The notes beneath the pieces were generated by a model. It was not told where the DNA came from. It ran no database searches and was given only the letters and a program-made list of their open reading frames with translations. Below are positions 11,595 through 24,100 of a stretch of 47,500 nucleotides of DNA, one piece after another; the stretch's first letter is position 1; the number at the start of each line of letters is the position of its first letter. The translations under genes were made by a program, and so were the position numbers. The DNA comes from Octopus bimaculoides (taxonomy: Eukaryota): contig NC_068989.1 in NCBI RefSeq assembly GCF_001194135.2, forward strand, positions 23,289,881 to 23,337,380, read 5' to 3'.

Positions 11595-11646
11595 ATGAGG
11601 TTCAGAGCGAAGTTGGTCGATATTGGCTCAATACAGCACTTTACGC
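11595..11646 (+). CDS. HUS1: HUS1 coding exon 1 ([18 protein letters not shown])
   Basis: ATG at 11595; donor GC|gtatgt; matches the HUS1 N-terminus MKFRAKIVD. Confidence 0.93.
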
Positions 11647-12158
11647 GTATGTACCACTATATGCAGAATTTTTGAGACAAGAAATATGTTTTTCAGTCCG
11701 ATACGATTTTTGACACTTGAACCCTATTCCTCACAGCTACATAAACACATATATAAGAATAGCAAACATATTTGGTACTACTTAAATACAGAAGTCCCTA
11801 AAAACTAACCCTAACCCATGGGACCTCTGTATTTAAGTAGTGCCACATTTTTAACTACGCACAATATAGGAAAGAAGCTTTTAATTTTCTATTTCTTAAT
11901 GCTTGACTTCGTATTTTTAATATTTTGATAAAATGGACATACACATTGAAACTGGTAATATTTTATAAAAGTCACTTAATGGGAACACATATAAAAATAC
12001 TTGTATAATTGAAGGACAAAAACTAAAACTGTCTTTAAACATATTCCCATGTTGTCCTTTCTATGACCTGTAATAGTCACAATTTTGGCTAGGAAACAAA
12101 TAGGTCACAATATATGCGATCTGGACAAAACCCCTGTGACTTTTATTTTATCTGGATT

Positions 12159-12198
<40 letters not shown>

Positions 12199-15100
12199 CA
12201 ATAGGACATTTTTTATCGTTCATTGTATTGCATTCTTTATATATGTATGTCGGCAGTCGTTTCTACCATGCCTTTTCTCTTTATTTGACCTTTACCTGCC
12301 TGTAGATATATTTTCTATCTATTTTATCGGTATGTCTTTCTATATATTTATTCATTTTATCTCTGTTCTTTCTATTTGTATATTTTGTATTTCAAACCTG
12401 AAAGTATATTAGTAGAGACTGTAAAATATCAGCCGGTATGATTTCCGTTGGGACCCCTTTGATCATAGCACTCACCCCGAGTCTTAAAAACTATTAACTT
12501 GGTAGTGTGAAATATAAGGTATTCATGTGGTTGGGAGGCAAACTTCTTTACACAGCCTCTATGGGTGTCTGAAGAAAATTTGACATGTTTGTTTCTATGA
12601 GTTGAGAAAATCTTCCACATGTACCTCTTAGAGTGTTTGAAAAAAAAATCTGCCACATATCCCTTTGTGGGTGTCTGAAGAATATCGGTCACATCTTCCC
12701 CAGCAAAGGGTCAAATGAACAGAAGTACTGTATAACTTGTTGCCATAATGTAGTCATTGAAATACGTCTGCAACTGAACTGGTTCATGATACTAAAGGTA
12801 ACAAACCTTAAGATAGGTAGCATCTATAAAATTCAATTTTGGATGTCCAAAATAACACCTGTTGAACACAGGTTGAAGCTGAAATATATTTTACATGGAA
12901 CGAGGCACAGACTTACTTCAGACTCATTTCAATGGCATTGAATCTTTGCAGTCTTATTTACTGACTGAAATGAGAATGTGGGCAAAAAAGGCTTACATGA
13001 AAAAAAAAATTTTTTTTAGTATAATGAAACCTATTAACAGTAGCACCAACACTAGTAGTGAACTGACAACTGCTGGTGTTCCTTAAAAGTACCTAGTATA
13101 CCCTGTAAAGTTGTTGGTGTTAAGGGTATCCAGTAGTAGAAATCATGTCAAAGCTGATGCAGCCCTCTTGCTTGATGGATCTTGTTGAATCATCCATCTC
13201 ATGCTAGAACAGATAAAATTTAAATAATGATAACAACTGCATGTATAGATACCTAGTAAAATAAGCAATATTTGAATAGTCTTCCCCTATTTAAATATGG
13301 CTAAAACTGGCAGCCTTTTATAGTTTTCTCTCCAAAACTTCAAACTGTCCCCCAAACTAGGAAATGCTGAAAACTTTTAAAAATGTGAAGTTTACAAATG
13401 CCTTGAAAAGGTCATTCCAAGTGGTTCTTTAACCCATAAACTGCGATAAGCCACCTCAGTGGCCAACGCGACAGGCCACGGAAGTAGGGCATGATCTGAT
13501 CTAATCTTGACGTATAATGCATGCACACGATACCCTCTCACCCCAGAAACAGTGTAGCTAATCACAGAAGGTGTTAAGAAACACTGAGTATTTTTTTTCG
13601 AGTGATAGATCGATGTTGATCTTTACCCAAAATAGGCTCGGCAGTTCATGTTACATACAGCAAAATCCCAGCAGTGTATGGGTTAAAGCAACAATTCACA
13701 ACCTATACAAAGAATCTATTGTAAAAATGGGTAAGTTGTTGCTACAAACTTCATCATCATCATCATCGTCGTTTATCGTCTGCTTGATGATGATGATGAT
13801 GAAGTTTGTAGCAACAACTTGCCCATTGTCATAACCCGTCTTCATTTGGGGTCAAGTCTGGTTATATCTTCTTCACCCCTTATCCACCATTCACTGCATC
13901 CACCTTTGAACCCTATCTAATTTTTACAGGTGTCTCTGATCTACCCTCCCTTCACCCATTTCCCATCTCTTGTACTCTTGATATCCCTACCCTGTCCTGG
14001 TTCCTCTTCTCACTCCTGTTCATCTTGTTCCTTGCAGGTTCGTCACCATTATTTTTATTTCTTTCCAGCTCCACCTGATAATTTCCCAAATTCCCCAAAA
14101 CAGCTCCACCTGATAATTTCTACCTTTTAAAATGCAAGTTGTCTTCGCCATGTAGACCCCTGTACAGCAAGAAACCTGTTCTGATCTAGTCCCTTCTCCT
14201 GTATTTTAAATTCTCATCTCCTTACATATAAGGCCACCCCTGTTGGCTCATGGTCTTGCAAGCTACATTGGAACTTCACTAGTGGCCTGAAAATTGCACC
14301 CAGTGCATACTAAGTTGTTGGCATTGGGAAGGGCATCCAGCCATAGAAACCATGCCAAAGTAGCACAATGCAGTCCTTGAACCTGTCAAATTTTTCAACC
14401 CATACAAGCATGGAACAGGGACATTAAATAATGAAATCTTGACTAGAGAGTTGCAGTTTTCCATCAGATCAATCCCAACTGAACAGACCATGGATCAAAG
14501 ACATTCCAGCTATAACCATCCTCCCCTCCTTTATTTTTTGCTATCACTGGACCACATGCAATGGTCTTTTTGAAGATGAAAGATTTAACTGTTATTTCTA
14601 ACATGTTGAATGACTTGTTGGCTTGAGTGGAGCAAAGTCTACTTCTAATAACTTAACATCAGATGTTATTGACAACCTTATGTATAAGGTTTGGTAGTGT
14701 GAAGAAGCCTACTTTGCAGCCATGTGGTTTGGGGTTCATTGCTACTGCACAGCACTTTGGAGGGGTCTTCTATAGCCCTGTGCTGACCAAAGTCTTGTGA
14801 GTGGAATTGGTAGATGAAAACTGAAAGAATTCCAGTGTGTGTTTGTATATTTGTGGCTCCTTGACATTGCAGGATGGTTGTAAATGGGTGTCACTGTCAT
14901 ACAAGCAGTGTCATGGACAGAAACATGCCTGGCTATGGAGGAATATGACCTTGCTTATAAACAAGTGAAGGTTGACAACAGGAAAGGCATCTGACCATAG
15001 AAAAATCTGCCTCAATTAACTCTATCTTGACTTGGGCAATCATGGAAAAGTGCATGTTAAAACTGAAATTTTTCCTAAAATATTAAAGTATCAACAGAGC

Positions 15101-18100
15101 TTGGAATTAAATACAGTTTAAATTGGCTACTTTTGGACCTAGTATTTTTTTTATACAACCCATTAACTCGAATAACAGTCTTGTAAAAACTGTTTGTTGA
15201 GGGAAATAATCTTAATAAAACAATTATTCACCCCTCACTTTTTTCTTTACAGGTATAATTGCAACTATCACACGGCTCTGCAAAACTTGTGTATTACGGA
15301 TAACACTTGAGAAATTTTATTTCATTATCTTGGAGAAGGCTTTACATGGTGGTGCCAAAGTATGGTGTGAACTGTTTCAAGTAAATATTACTACAATTAT
15401 TACAATATACTTGAGAGAGAGAGGGTATTGCTGTAGTTGTGATGTGAATGAAGAATTTGTATGGATTGAAAAGACATTCATGGTTGAATCAGATGAGAAG
15501 AAACAGTAAAGCTTGGCTGACTTAATGACACTGATCTCTGTATCATGTGGAAGGTTGCTCTCATGCTAAACCATCAACGCCATGATAACATGGAGTAGCA
15601 GATATAAACAATCTTTATGATTATTATTATTTAGGTGGTGAGCTGGCAGAATTGTTAGCACCCAGGGCAAAATGCTTAGTGGCATTTAATCTCTCTTCGT
15701 GTTCTGAGTTCAAATTCGGTCAAGGTCAACTTTGCTTTCATCTCTTTGGTATCTATAAAACAGTACCTGTTGAACACTAGGATCAATGTAATCGACTTAA
15801 CTCTCCTTTGAAATTGGTGGCATAGTACCAAAATTTGAAACTATTATTTGAAACTATTATAAGATTGAATTTTCCGTTCACCAGACCTGTAAGCTTGCCA
15901 CTGCCATCAACACTGTTAATGCGAAAACAACAAAAATAAAGCTTGCAAATCTGCCGTTAGCAGTTTTGTTGACTGTGCATCAAATGAATGAGGAAATTTT
16001 TCTTGATTAAAAAGAAAAAGTGCAAAAATAATTACCCTGTGTGTGTTAGTGAAAGCAGAATGTTGTAGTCGCTCTTTGTCTGTGTTTGCAAAATTACTGG
16101 AAAACAGCTGAATGGATTTTCACCAAATTTGGCAGAAATCCTCACTGGATGAGTGGCCGAAACTCATTATTTTGGTTTGATTATCTTCAAAACTTGCAGG
16201 CGGGTGAATCAAAATGTTATTTTTTTTCTTTTGTTAGATATGCATAAACGATAAGCAGGGGAAATAACTCTTGATGTCATTTTGTTGAAATATGAAATCG
16301 TCTGAGAATATATTTACTAAATTAAATTTTATTTTATCCTTGTGTGCGTGCAGGGTATGCATCACCCCCTCCAATTCTTTTCTTCTCGTGTTAGAAATGT
16401 GACCGAACCGAATGAACCTGTCAAAATATATTCAGCAACAAACCAATCTGCCAACGGTTTTATACAGGTGTGCAGGGACTTAAAGCACAAAAATAGAACA
16501 GGTTACACACAAGCAGATCAAAAAATGCCTTAAACCAATTTGGAACACAAAAACGTACTTAGCTTGAAATGCTGCCCTGTAGAGGTGAATTTGCCACATA
16601 AGATGAGGCCAAAAAGCACTTGAAATCCACCTCTACGAATGATGAACTGATTCTCATCCCCATCTACTTTGGCCAAAGGAGTCTTTAAAATAAAAAACTA
16701 AACATGCCCCCAGAAATCGATATCTACTGCATGGTGGCAGTGGTCCTTTTTGATGTAGAAGACTAGTATTTTGTAGATACAAAGGCTGCAGAAATAAGTT
16801 GTTGGGCCAAGGAATGGAGTTGTTGATCCAGATGACTCAGCAAAAGCTCTGAAGCAATCCCTGACTTAATAAACCTTACAAGGAAGCACAAAGCTTTAAT
16901 GTGGCTGTTGGAGGCAGAAGGCCACAGTTTCACCTGACCAGTGACACAAAACATCTCAAAGCCTTTTGCCTGAAGCAAAGGAGAGAAGGGGAAACCAGCA
17001 CTTCCACTGACATGATCATCACCACAACAACAGCAGCAGCAAAAATGGTACCAACGGAGGCAGGTGGTCACAATATCACTTATAGCAGGAATCAAACTAA
17101 CAGCTCTAAAAACAGCAGCAACAATTACTGCAGTAGCACCAGCAACTACAACAACAGTGGAAGCTATTGCTGCTAATACCACAGAAAATACCAACATCAG
17201 AGGCTGTCACATCACAAACAGCAGCAATAACACCATCAGAAATTCCACAAACAACTATTTCAGCAAAACAACAAAAACTTCCCCAAGACATACCTCTCCC
17301 CTTTTCAGATCACTCAGACGTGTGTATTGAAGGGGATGGTAAGGAGCCTTAATGATAAATAGTTATCAAGGTCAAGAAAAGGAAAACCTATGAACAAATT
17401 AGAGAGATTCCTTTTAGCAACAATACTCAGGCTCAACTTCAAACTGCAGCTACATTGACATTGTCAACTTCATCCCCATCACAAATACCATCACTACAAG
17501 CATGACCTAACTCACCCAAGTCAGATCATATATTACTACACAAACAAAAATTAGACCTCAACTATACTGCAGTTAGTAAAGTTATTGCAACTGACATACT
17601 CATAAGATTGGCCCTTGACTAATTCTTCAATGCTAAGCATTCAGGCTATACTGTCAGAGCTAAGGTGCATGCTCTAAGACAGAGGCTTTCAAACTGATCC
17701 ACGGACCACAGGGGGTCCGTAGACAGCAAATACTTTTTATGGGCAATTTGATTCTATATATGTTTTTTAATTGAAATCTTTTAATTGACAATAAACCTAT
17801 TTGTTAAATAAATAAATGTAAAAATGTTATTTTAAGCAAATATTTATGTATAAATTTCATAAGCGAAAGCCTGAATTATAAAGGGGTCCACAAGTCAAAA
17901 AGTTTGAAAACCCCTGCTCTAAGACATGAAGGAACAAATGGGCCTGAGAGGCAGAGGTGCGGTGTGTCAATAAAGCTAGAATTTGGTTTGTGGTGGACCA
18001 AAATGTGCATATGGTACTTGAGTCTGAGCAAATGTGTCTGGCATTTCAGCAGCTCTTTGCTCGACTGTTTTGGATGAATGACCTACAACAGCTCTTGGTA

Positions 18101-21100
18101 GGTGAGGCACAGTGTTGTGAAAGGCCAATAACATCTGTGAAAATATGGGGTGCAATGATGGGTTGCATGGTAGGTAAATTGCTTGGTTTGGATGGTCTGC
18201 CCTATGAGCTTTACTTTTTTATATGCTAGACTTGTTCAGAGACCTCTCAGCAAATATCTACTGCAACTGGCAGCAGAATGGGAGAATTCTTAGTTCTGTG
18301 AGTTGATGAGTGGTAGCACTGCTAAGAAAGGACTCAAAAAGGGGGATCAGACAGAAAATTTTAGGCCCATAACTCTGCTAAATGCAGATTCTAAAATTTT
18401 GGCCAAAGCATTAGTGAAGTTGGTGTATGACATTGATGAACTGACTGCCAATTTGCAAATATGTGCAATCCCAAGCAGAACTATCCATGTCATCCTCCAC
18501 CTCATGCAATGTATCATAGAGAGGGTGACTAAAGAACTGATCAATGTGACTCAAATGAAAGCCTTCAGTAGAATCAATTACTGTCTTAAAATAATGCAAG
18601 TCAACAGTAATCGTGAAACATCTATCTGATTTTGCTCTCTCATTCAGTGAAAGCAGAGTGCCCCTTAAGACATTCAGAGACTCAATAAGAATAACTGCAT
18701 CATCAGCAAAATCTTAGTCTGTAATCCTACTTCCACCGGTGAGTGCACCACAAATTCAATCAAGCCACCATTTGGCCAAATATCCATTCCATGCATGCAT
18801 TGAAAAGAGTGGGAGCCAAGACCTGACCCTCAGTGAGGAAGTGGAACCGCTTGGCCTTACAGTCAAGACAAAGATGCAATCCTTTGTTAGTTTCTTGGAC
18901 CACAACACCTTGTCTGTCTCTGTTGCAGCTGAGAATGTCGAAGTTGTTGACCACTTCACTTATATCAGCTGCGAGATTCATAGCAGCATCAGCTGAGTCT
19001 GAAGTCTTAAAAAGACTTGGATGTGCTGGTGCAGTTGTGAACTCATTGGACAAGGGTATTTGGGTGCTGCCAATATTTGGGCAGGAGGATAAAGGTTTTT
19101 ATGTCTCTGGTCCTCCCTGTCATGTTTTATAGTTGTGAACTTGGACATTGTCTAGTGCCTTGAGAGGCTGCCTGAATTCCTTTGGTACCAGGATGCTTTG
19201 TAGGATTATGAATTACCTTTGGTTGGATTTTGTGTCCAACCAATGACTCTGCTCAAAAACTGGGATGCCCCCTGTTACTTGTATGATTCAGGCCATGTTG
19301 CTTGATTTTCCAAGTTAGACCCTGGTTACTGTGTTCTCTTCACTAAAGATCCAGCTGGGTTGACAGCTTGTGTTGGTCGGCCGCATGGTCATGACAGATA
19401 AAGTATCTTGTGACGATGGGGACTGACCTAACAAGTCAACTGGGAGGATCTAGGAATATAGCAACATGCTGCAATGATACATGCCTCCACACCTGACCTG
19501 ATATGTTATCTGATTAGCTTATGTTGGAATAACTTATTTGCTTAATATTTCTAATTTCAGGACCATTTCTTTGATGAATATATGTTGGATGGACTTTCTA
19601 AAGATAATGATGAGATATTCTTAGAAATAAATCCTGATAATCTTCTAAAAGCACTAAAAACTGGTCAAAATGCCAAATGGATCAAAATTAAATTGACCAA
19701 AAAACAAGTTCCTTGTTTAACACTTGAAGTTGATTTGGTAAGTATTTTATATTTGGTTTCTAGTAAACCATTATCAGTTGTCATCATTGTTTCCACTGTT
19801 GCATGTGTGGTTAGCTTGCAGCATTTTGGCCATTTCTTTTGGTGTTCCTTTGTTTTCTTTTTACTTGTTTCAGTCATTAGACTACAGCCATGTTGGGGCA
19901 TTGCCTTGAAGAATTTTTTTTAGTTGAATGAATTGACCCCAGTACTTTTTTTAATTTTTTTTTTAAGCTTAACACTTATTCACACGCACGCACGCGATGG
20001 GCTTTTCTCAGTTTCTGTCTACCAAATCCACTCACAAGACTGGTTGGCCCAAGGCTATAGTAGAAGACACTTGCTCAAGGTCCCATGCAATGGGACTAAA
20101 CCCAGAACCACGAGGTTGGGAAGCAAGCTTCTTACCATACACCCATCTCTGCACCTATTGAAGATAACTTCTTCCACTAGTCACAGAGGTTCTTAAGAAA
20201 CATCATAGCTGCTGCCTTTCTTCCTCTAAATCATTAAAAAAATGCATTATGTTTATAAATTTAAATAAAGCCAATAAACTGGATAAAAAGAATAACAAAG
20301 TATATTTTATTTCTTCATTTTAGCCTACAGTTACTGGTCTGAGTCGCACTGTAGTCCATGATATACCAGTCTCAGTGTTAGCATTACGTCATTGGGTAGA
20401 CTATGATGAGCCAGATGTACCTGACTTCGATGTAAGTCCTGTCTGAATACATTTTACAAATAATGCTAGTTGATTCAACTAATATTGTTTCATATCCTAT
20501 ATGTAAGCATATTTTCACATGATTGTTTTTTTTTTCTATTGTCTCTGTCACTGTACATCACTCTCTCCCCTTCCCCAACTTTCCTTTTTCACATATCATC
20601 TTCATATTTTCTTACCTATCTGCAGGTTATTATACTGCTCTTCTCCATCCTCTTTGTGCTGCTACTTATAACCGCCTCTTTCCTGAGCTGCACCTGTACT
20701 TTCACCTTCATCCTGCTATACTGATACTTATGTTCCATTTACTACATTCACCTCGACACCTATCTCTAACCATCCATCACTCTCCTTTCACTATCTTTTG
20801 AACTTATCCACCCATCCTTACATAATTCACAGTAGCCATGTATCTCTTTTATAATAAGACCCCTGTGCCTATCCCTCTGTCATACTTGAGCCTCATTACT
20901 TGGCATAAAGTGCCACATAAAAAGGACTTGTGTTGGTCCCATGTTAAAAGCACCCACTGTAAAGTGGTTGGCATTAGGAAGGGCATCAAGCCATAGAAAT
21001 CAAACCAAATTAGACTGGGACCTGGTGCAGCTCTCCTGCTTGCCAGCTATGATCAAACTGTCCAACCCATGGCAGCATGGAAAACTGATGTTAAGTGATA

Positions 21101-21139
<39 letters not shown>

Positions 21140-24100
21140 NNNNNNNNNNNNNNNNNNNNNNNNNNNNNNNNNNNNNNNNNNNNNNNNNNNNNNNNNNNNN
21201 NNNNNNNNNNNNNNNNNNNNNNNNNNNNNNNNNNNNNNNNNNNNNNNNNNNNNNNNNNNNNNNNNNNNNNNNNNNNNNNNNNNNNNNNNNNNNNNNNNNN
21301 NNNNNNNNNNNNNNNNNNNNNNNNNNNNNNNNNNNNNNNNNNNNNNNNNNNNNNNNNNNNNNNNNNNNNNNNNNNNNNNNNNNNNNNNNNNNNNNNNNNN
21401 NNNNNNNNNNNNNNNNNNNNNNNNNNNNNNNNNNNNNNNNNNNNNNNNNNNNNNNNNNNNNNNNNNNNNNACATCTTGTGTCTATTAAGACCTAAGTTGT
21501 TCTCAACATGAAATATAGCAGCATACCAAAAACGTGAGCGGGCAAGACATTTAAAATCACCTAAAAAAGCATTATTAAACAGGAACCGGTTTCGGATTTA
21601 ACAAATTCTTACCATTTGTCTATTCCTCATCAGCCTGATTTGTAATGTAACCGCAATCATCAGAATCGTATACAGAGTTGCCCACCGCCATGGGTGCGCG
21701 TGCATATGGTTCTGCTAATTACAGCTTAATGGTGAAATTCAAAAGTCTTCGCTTTGGCGCGCTAATTCCAAGAATATATCTGCAGAGAATATTTACTGCG
21801 TCGTATATATTCAGTATGAGAACATGGGTATAATATTATTATGACTAATTACCTGATTTTATAATAATATTTTACCCATTACCCATTACCCATTATCCTG
21901 TTGATTGAACAATATATGGGATTATGTGGTTCCTATTTTGATGGGTAATTTTGTTTTTATGTACAGGTGTGGCTGTGTGGTTAAGAAGTTTGCTTCTCAA
22001 CCACAGGGTTCAGTCCCACTGTTTGGCATCGTGGACAACTGTCTTCAATAACCCCAAAACCAAAAGAAGCCCCTCGTATCATCATCATCATCATCGTCGT
22101 TTAACGTCCGTATGTGTATATAATTTTGTCTAGGCATGAAGTTATGAATACATGTCATAGACAGAAATGCACCTGGCATTCTCACTAGCTGCTGTTGTCG
22201 GAATTTTTCATCTCCCTTCGATATGTTGTGCTTTTTAACTCTGCTTCTTGATGAGATTTTCTTTGACAAAAACTACAACATTTTACCTGTACAATGTATA
22301 TCTGTTTAGTATGATACATAAATGTGGAGGTGCATGGCTTAATGGTCAGCTTTAATTGTAACATTGTGGTTTTGATTCCTGGACTGAATGATGCATTATG
22401 TTCTTGAGCAAAACTTTTCATTTCATATTACTCCAGTCCACTCAGCTGGCAAAAATGAGTAATCCTCTGACAAATTGATGTCCCATTCACCGGGGAATTT
22501 ATACACTGCACAATCCAGGAAAATGACGTTATGAGTCTATGGCTCTTAGGGTCTTTGATCCTTTTTTGACGATCTGTAAATGTTTATTTTACTTTAATAA
22601 TTGTTTTTTTTTTTTCTACATTCTATAGGTGAGTATAAATATGCCTGCATTGAAGCTTCTTCGCAATGTTGTTGACAAAATGAAGAGTCTTAGTAATTTT
22701 GTGGTGAGTATTGTTAAGCTTGATTGTATACCCCTTTTACAAAAGTTTCATGGCGTAACCAAACTTGGCAAAACATTTATCCATCATCATTTGATATCCG
22801 TTTTCTATGCTGGCATGGGTTGGATGGTTTGACTGAAAACTGGTAAGCTGGGGAGCTGCACCAGGTTCCAGATCTGATTTGGCATGGTTTCTACAGCTGG
22901 ATGCTCTTTCTGATGCCAACCACTCCAAGTGTGTAGGGGGTGGTTTTTATGTGCCAGTTGGGAAACATTGGTATTGGCCATGACTAAATCTTACTCAGCT
23001 TGACAGGTCTTCTCAAGCATGGTATCATCATACACAATAGATGATATTATGGTGTTGGACTACAGACTGTTGTCTATTCACCAGTTGCAATCTTGAACTC
23101 CTGAGCAGAGCACATCCGTCTGTATGTCCCAGTTTGTATGTAGACAATAAAGTAAAAAATTCACTTCTGTTTACTGATTAAATGGTTAGCTGCAGCAAAG
23201 GTATCCAGCTGTAAAAATACTTGCTCCAGCAAAATCCATTCAACTAGTGCAAGGCTGCAAAAGTGCAAACAGTTAAGAACTGTTTGCAGTCTGCTATTTC
23301 CGGTGCTAGTAAAATGAAACTCTATGAATTTAGCATTTCATGAGAGCAGGCATAGCCATGTGATTGAGGAGTTTGCTGCCCAACCATGTGATCTCAGGTT
23401 GTTTCACTGTGTGGTTCTTTGGGTAAGTGTCTTCTGTTATAGCCTGTACCAGCCAAAGGTTTGTGAGTGGATTTGGTAAGTGGAAGCTGAAAGAAGCCTA
23501 TTATTGTGTGTGTGTGTAGACATACATGTGGTCATGTCTTTTATGTGTACCCTTTTGATGTAATGATTGTAAACAAACAGCACAAGAAAAATGTCTGGCT
23601 ATGAGGAAATATTACCTTACTTGGAAGCAGGTATGAGTTGGCTGCGAGTAGAGTATCAAGCTGTAGATTTGCTTCAGTGTATTCTGTGACGAGGCAAGTG
23701 TGGAAAAGTAGACATTTAATGATGATGAAAGATGCTCCTCAGTAATTTTGTTATTGTAAGATTAATGATTGTTTTGTGAAGCTTAACCCTTTCGTTACCA
23801 AACTGCCCAAAGCCGCCCGAAAAAAATTTTGGTTCATGTGACCAAGCCGCCCAAAACCGCCCGTAATCACCTATTCATATTTAAATGAGAATATCTGAGC
23901 AAATCTCGTTAGTACATTCGTGAAAACACGTGATTATTTGTGTAAACAGTTCAGCTATAGTTTTGTACGACGATCAACGTGTTTTTTTAATTTTGTGAAT
24001 TTTGGGAGATTTTTTTCCAAATTTGTTCCTGTTGTGTTTTCAAAATTTGNNNNNNNNNNNNNNNNNNNNNNNNNNNNNNNNNNNNNNNNNNNNNNNNNNN

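Noticed and set aside
14066-14120. 20-bp direct repeat cagctccacctgataatttc
   Set aside because: The 16-bp spacer matches no element; probably local slippage.
16763-17352. Thr/Ala/Asn-rich ORFs resembling a mucin or secreted protein
   Set aside because: Low-complexity (CAG/CAA-rich) intronic sequence next to a LINE RT, with no splice or start context; more likely decayed LINE ORF1.
19738-19923. C-terminal extension of ORF 19582..19923
   Set aside because: Read-through past the exon 3 donor (gtaagt) into intron and SINE; HUS1 similarity ends at 19737.
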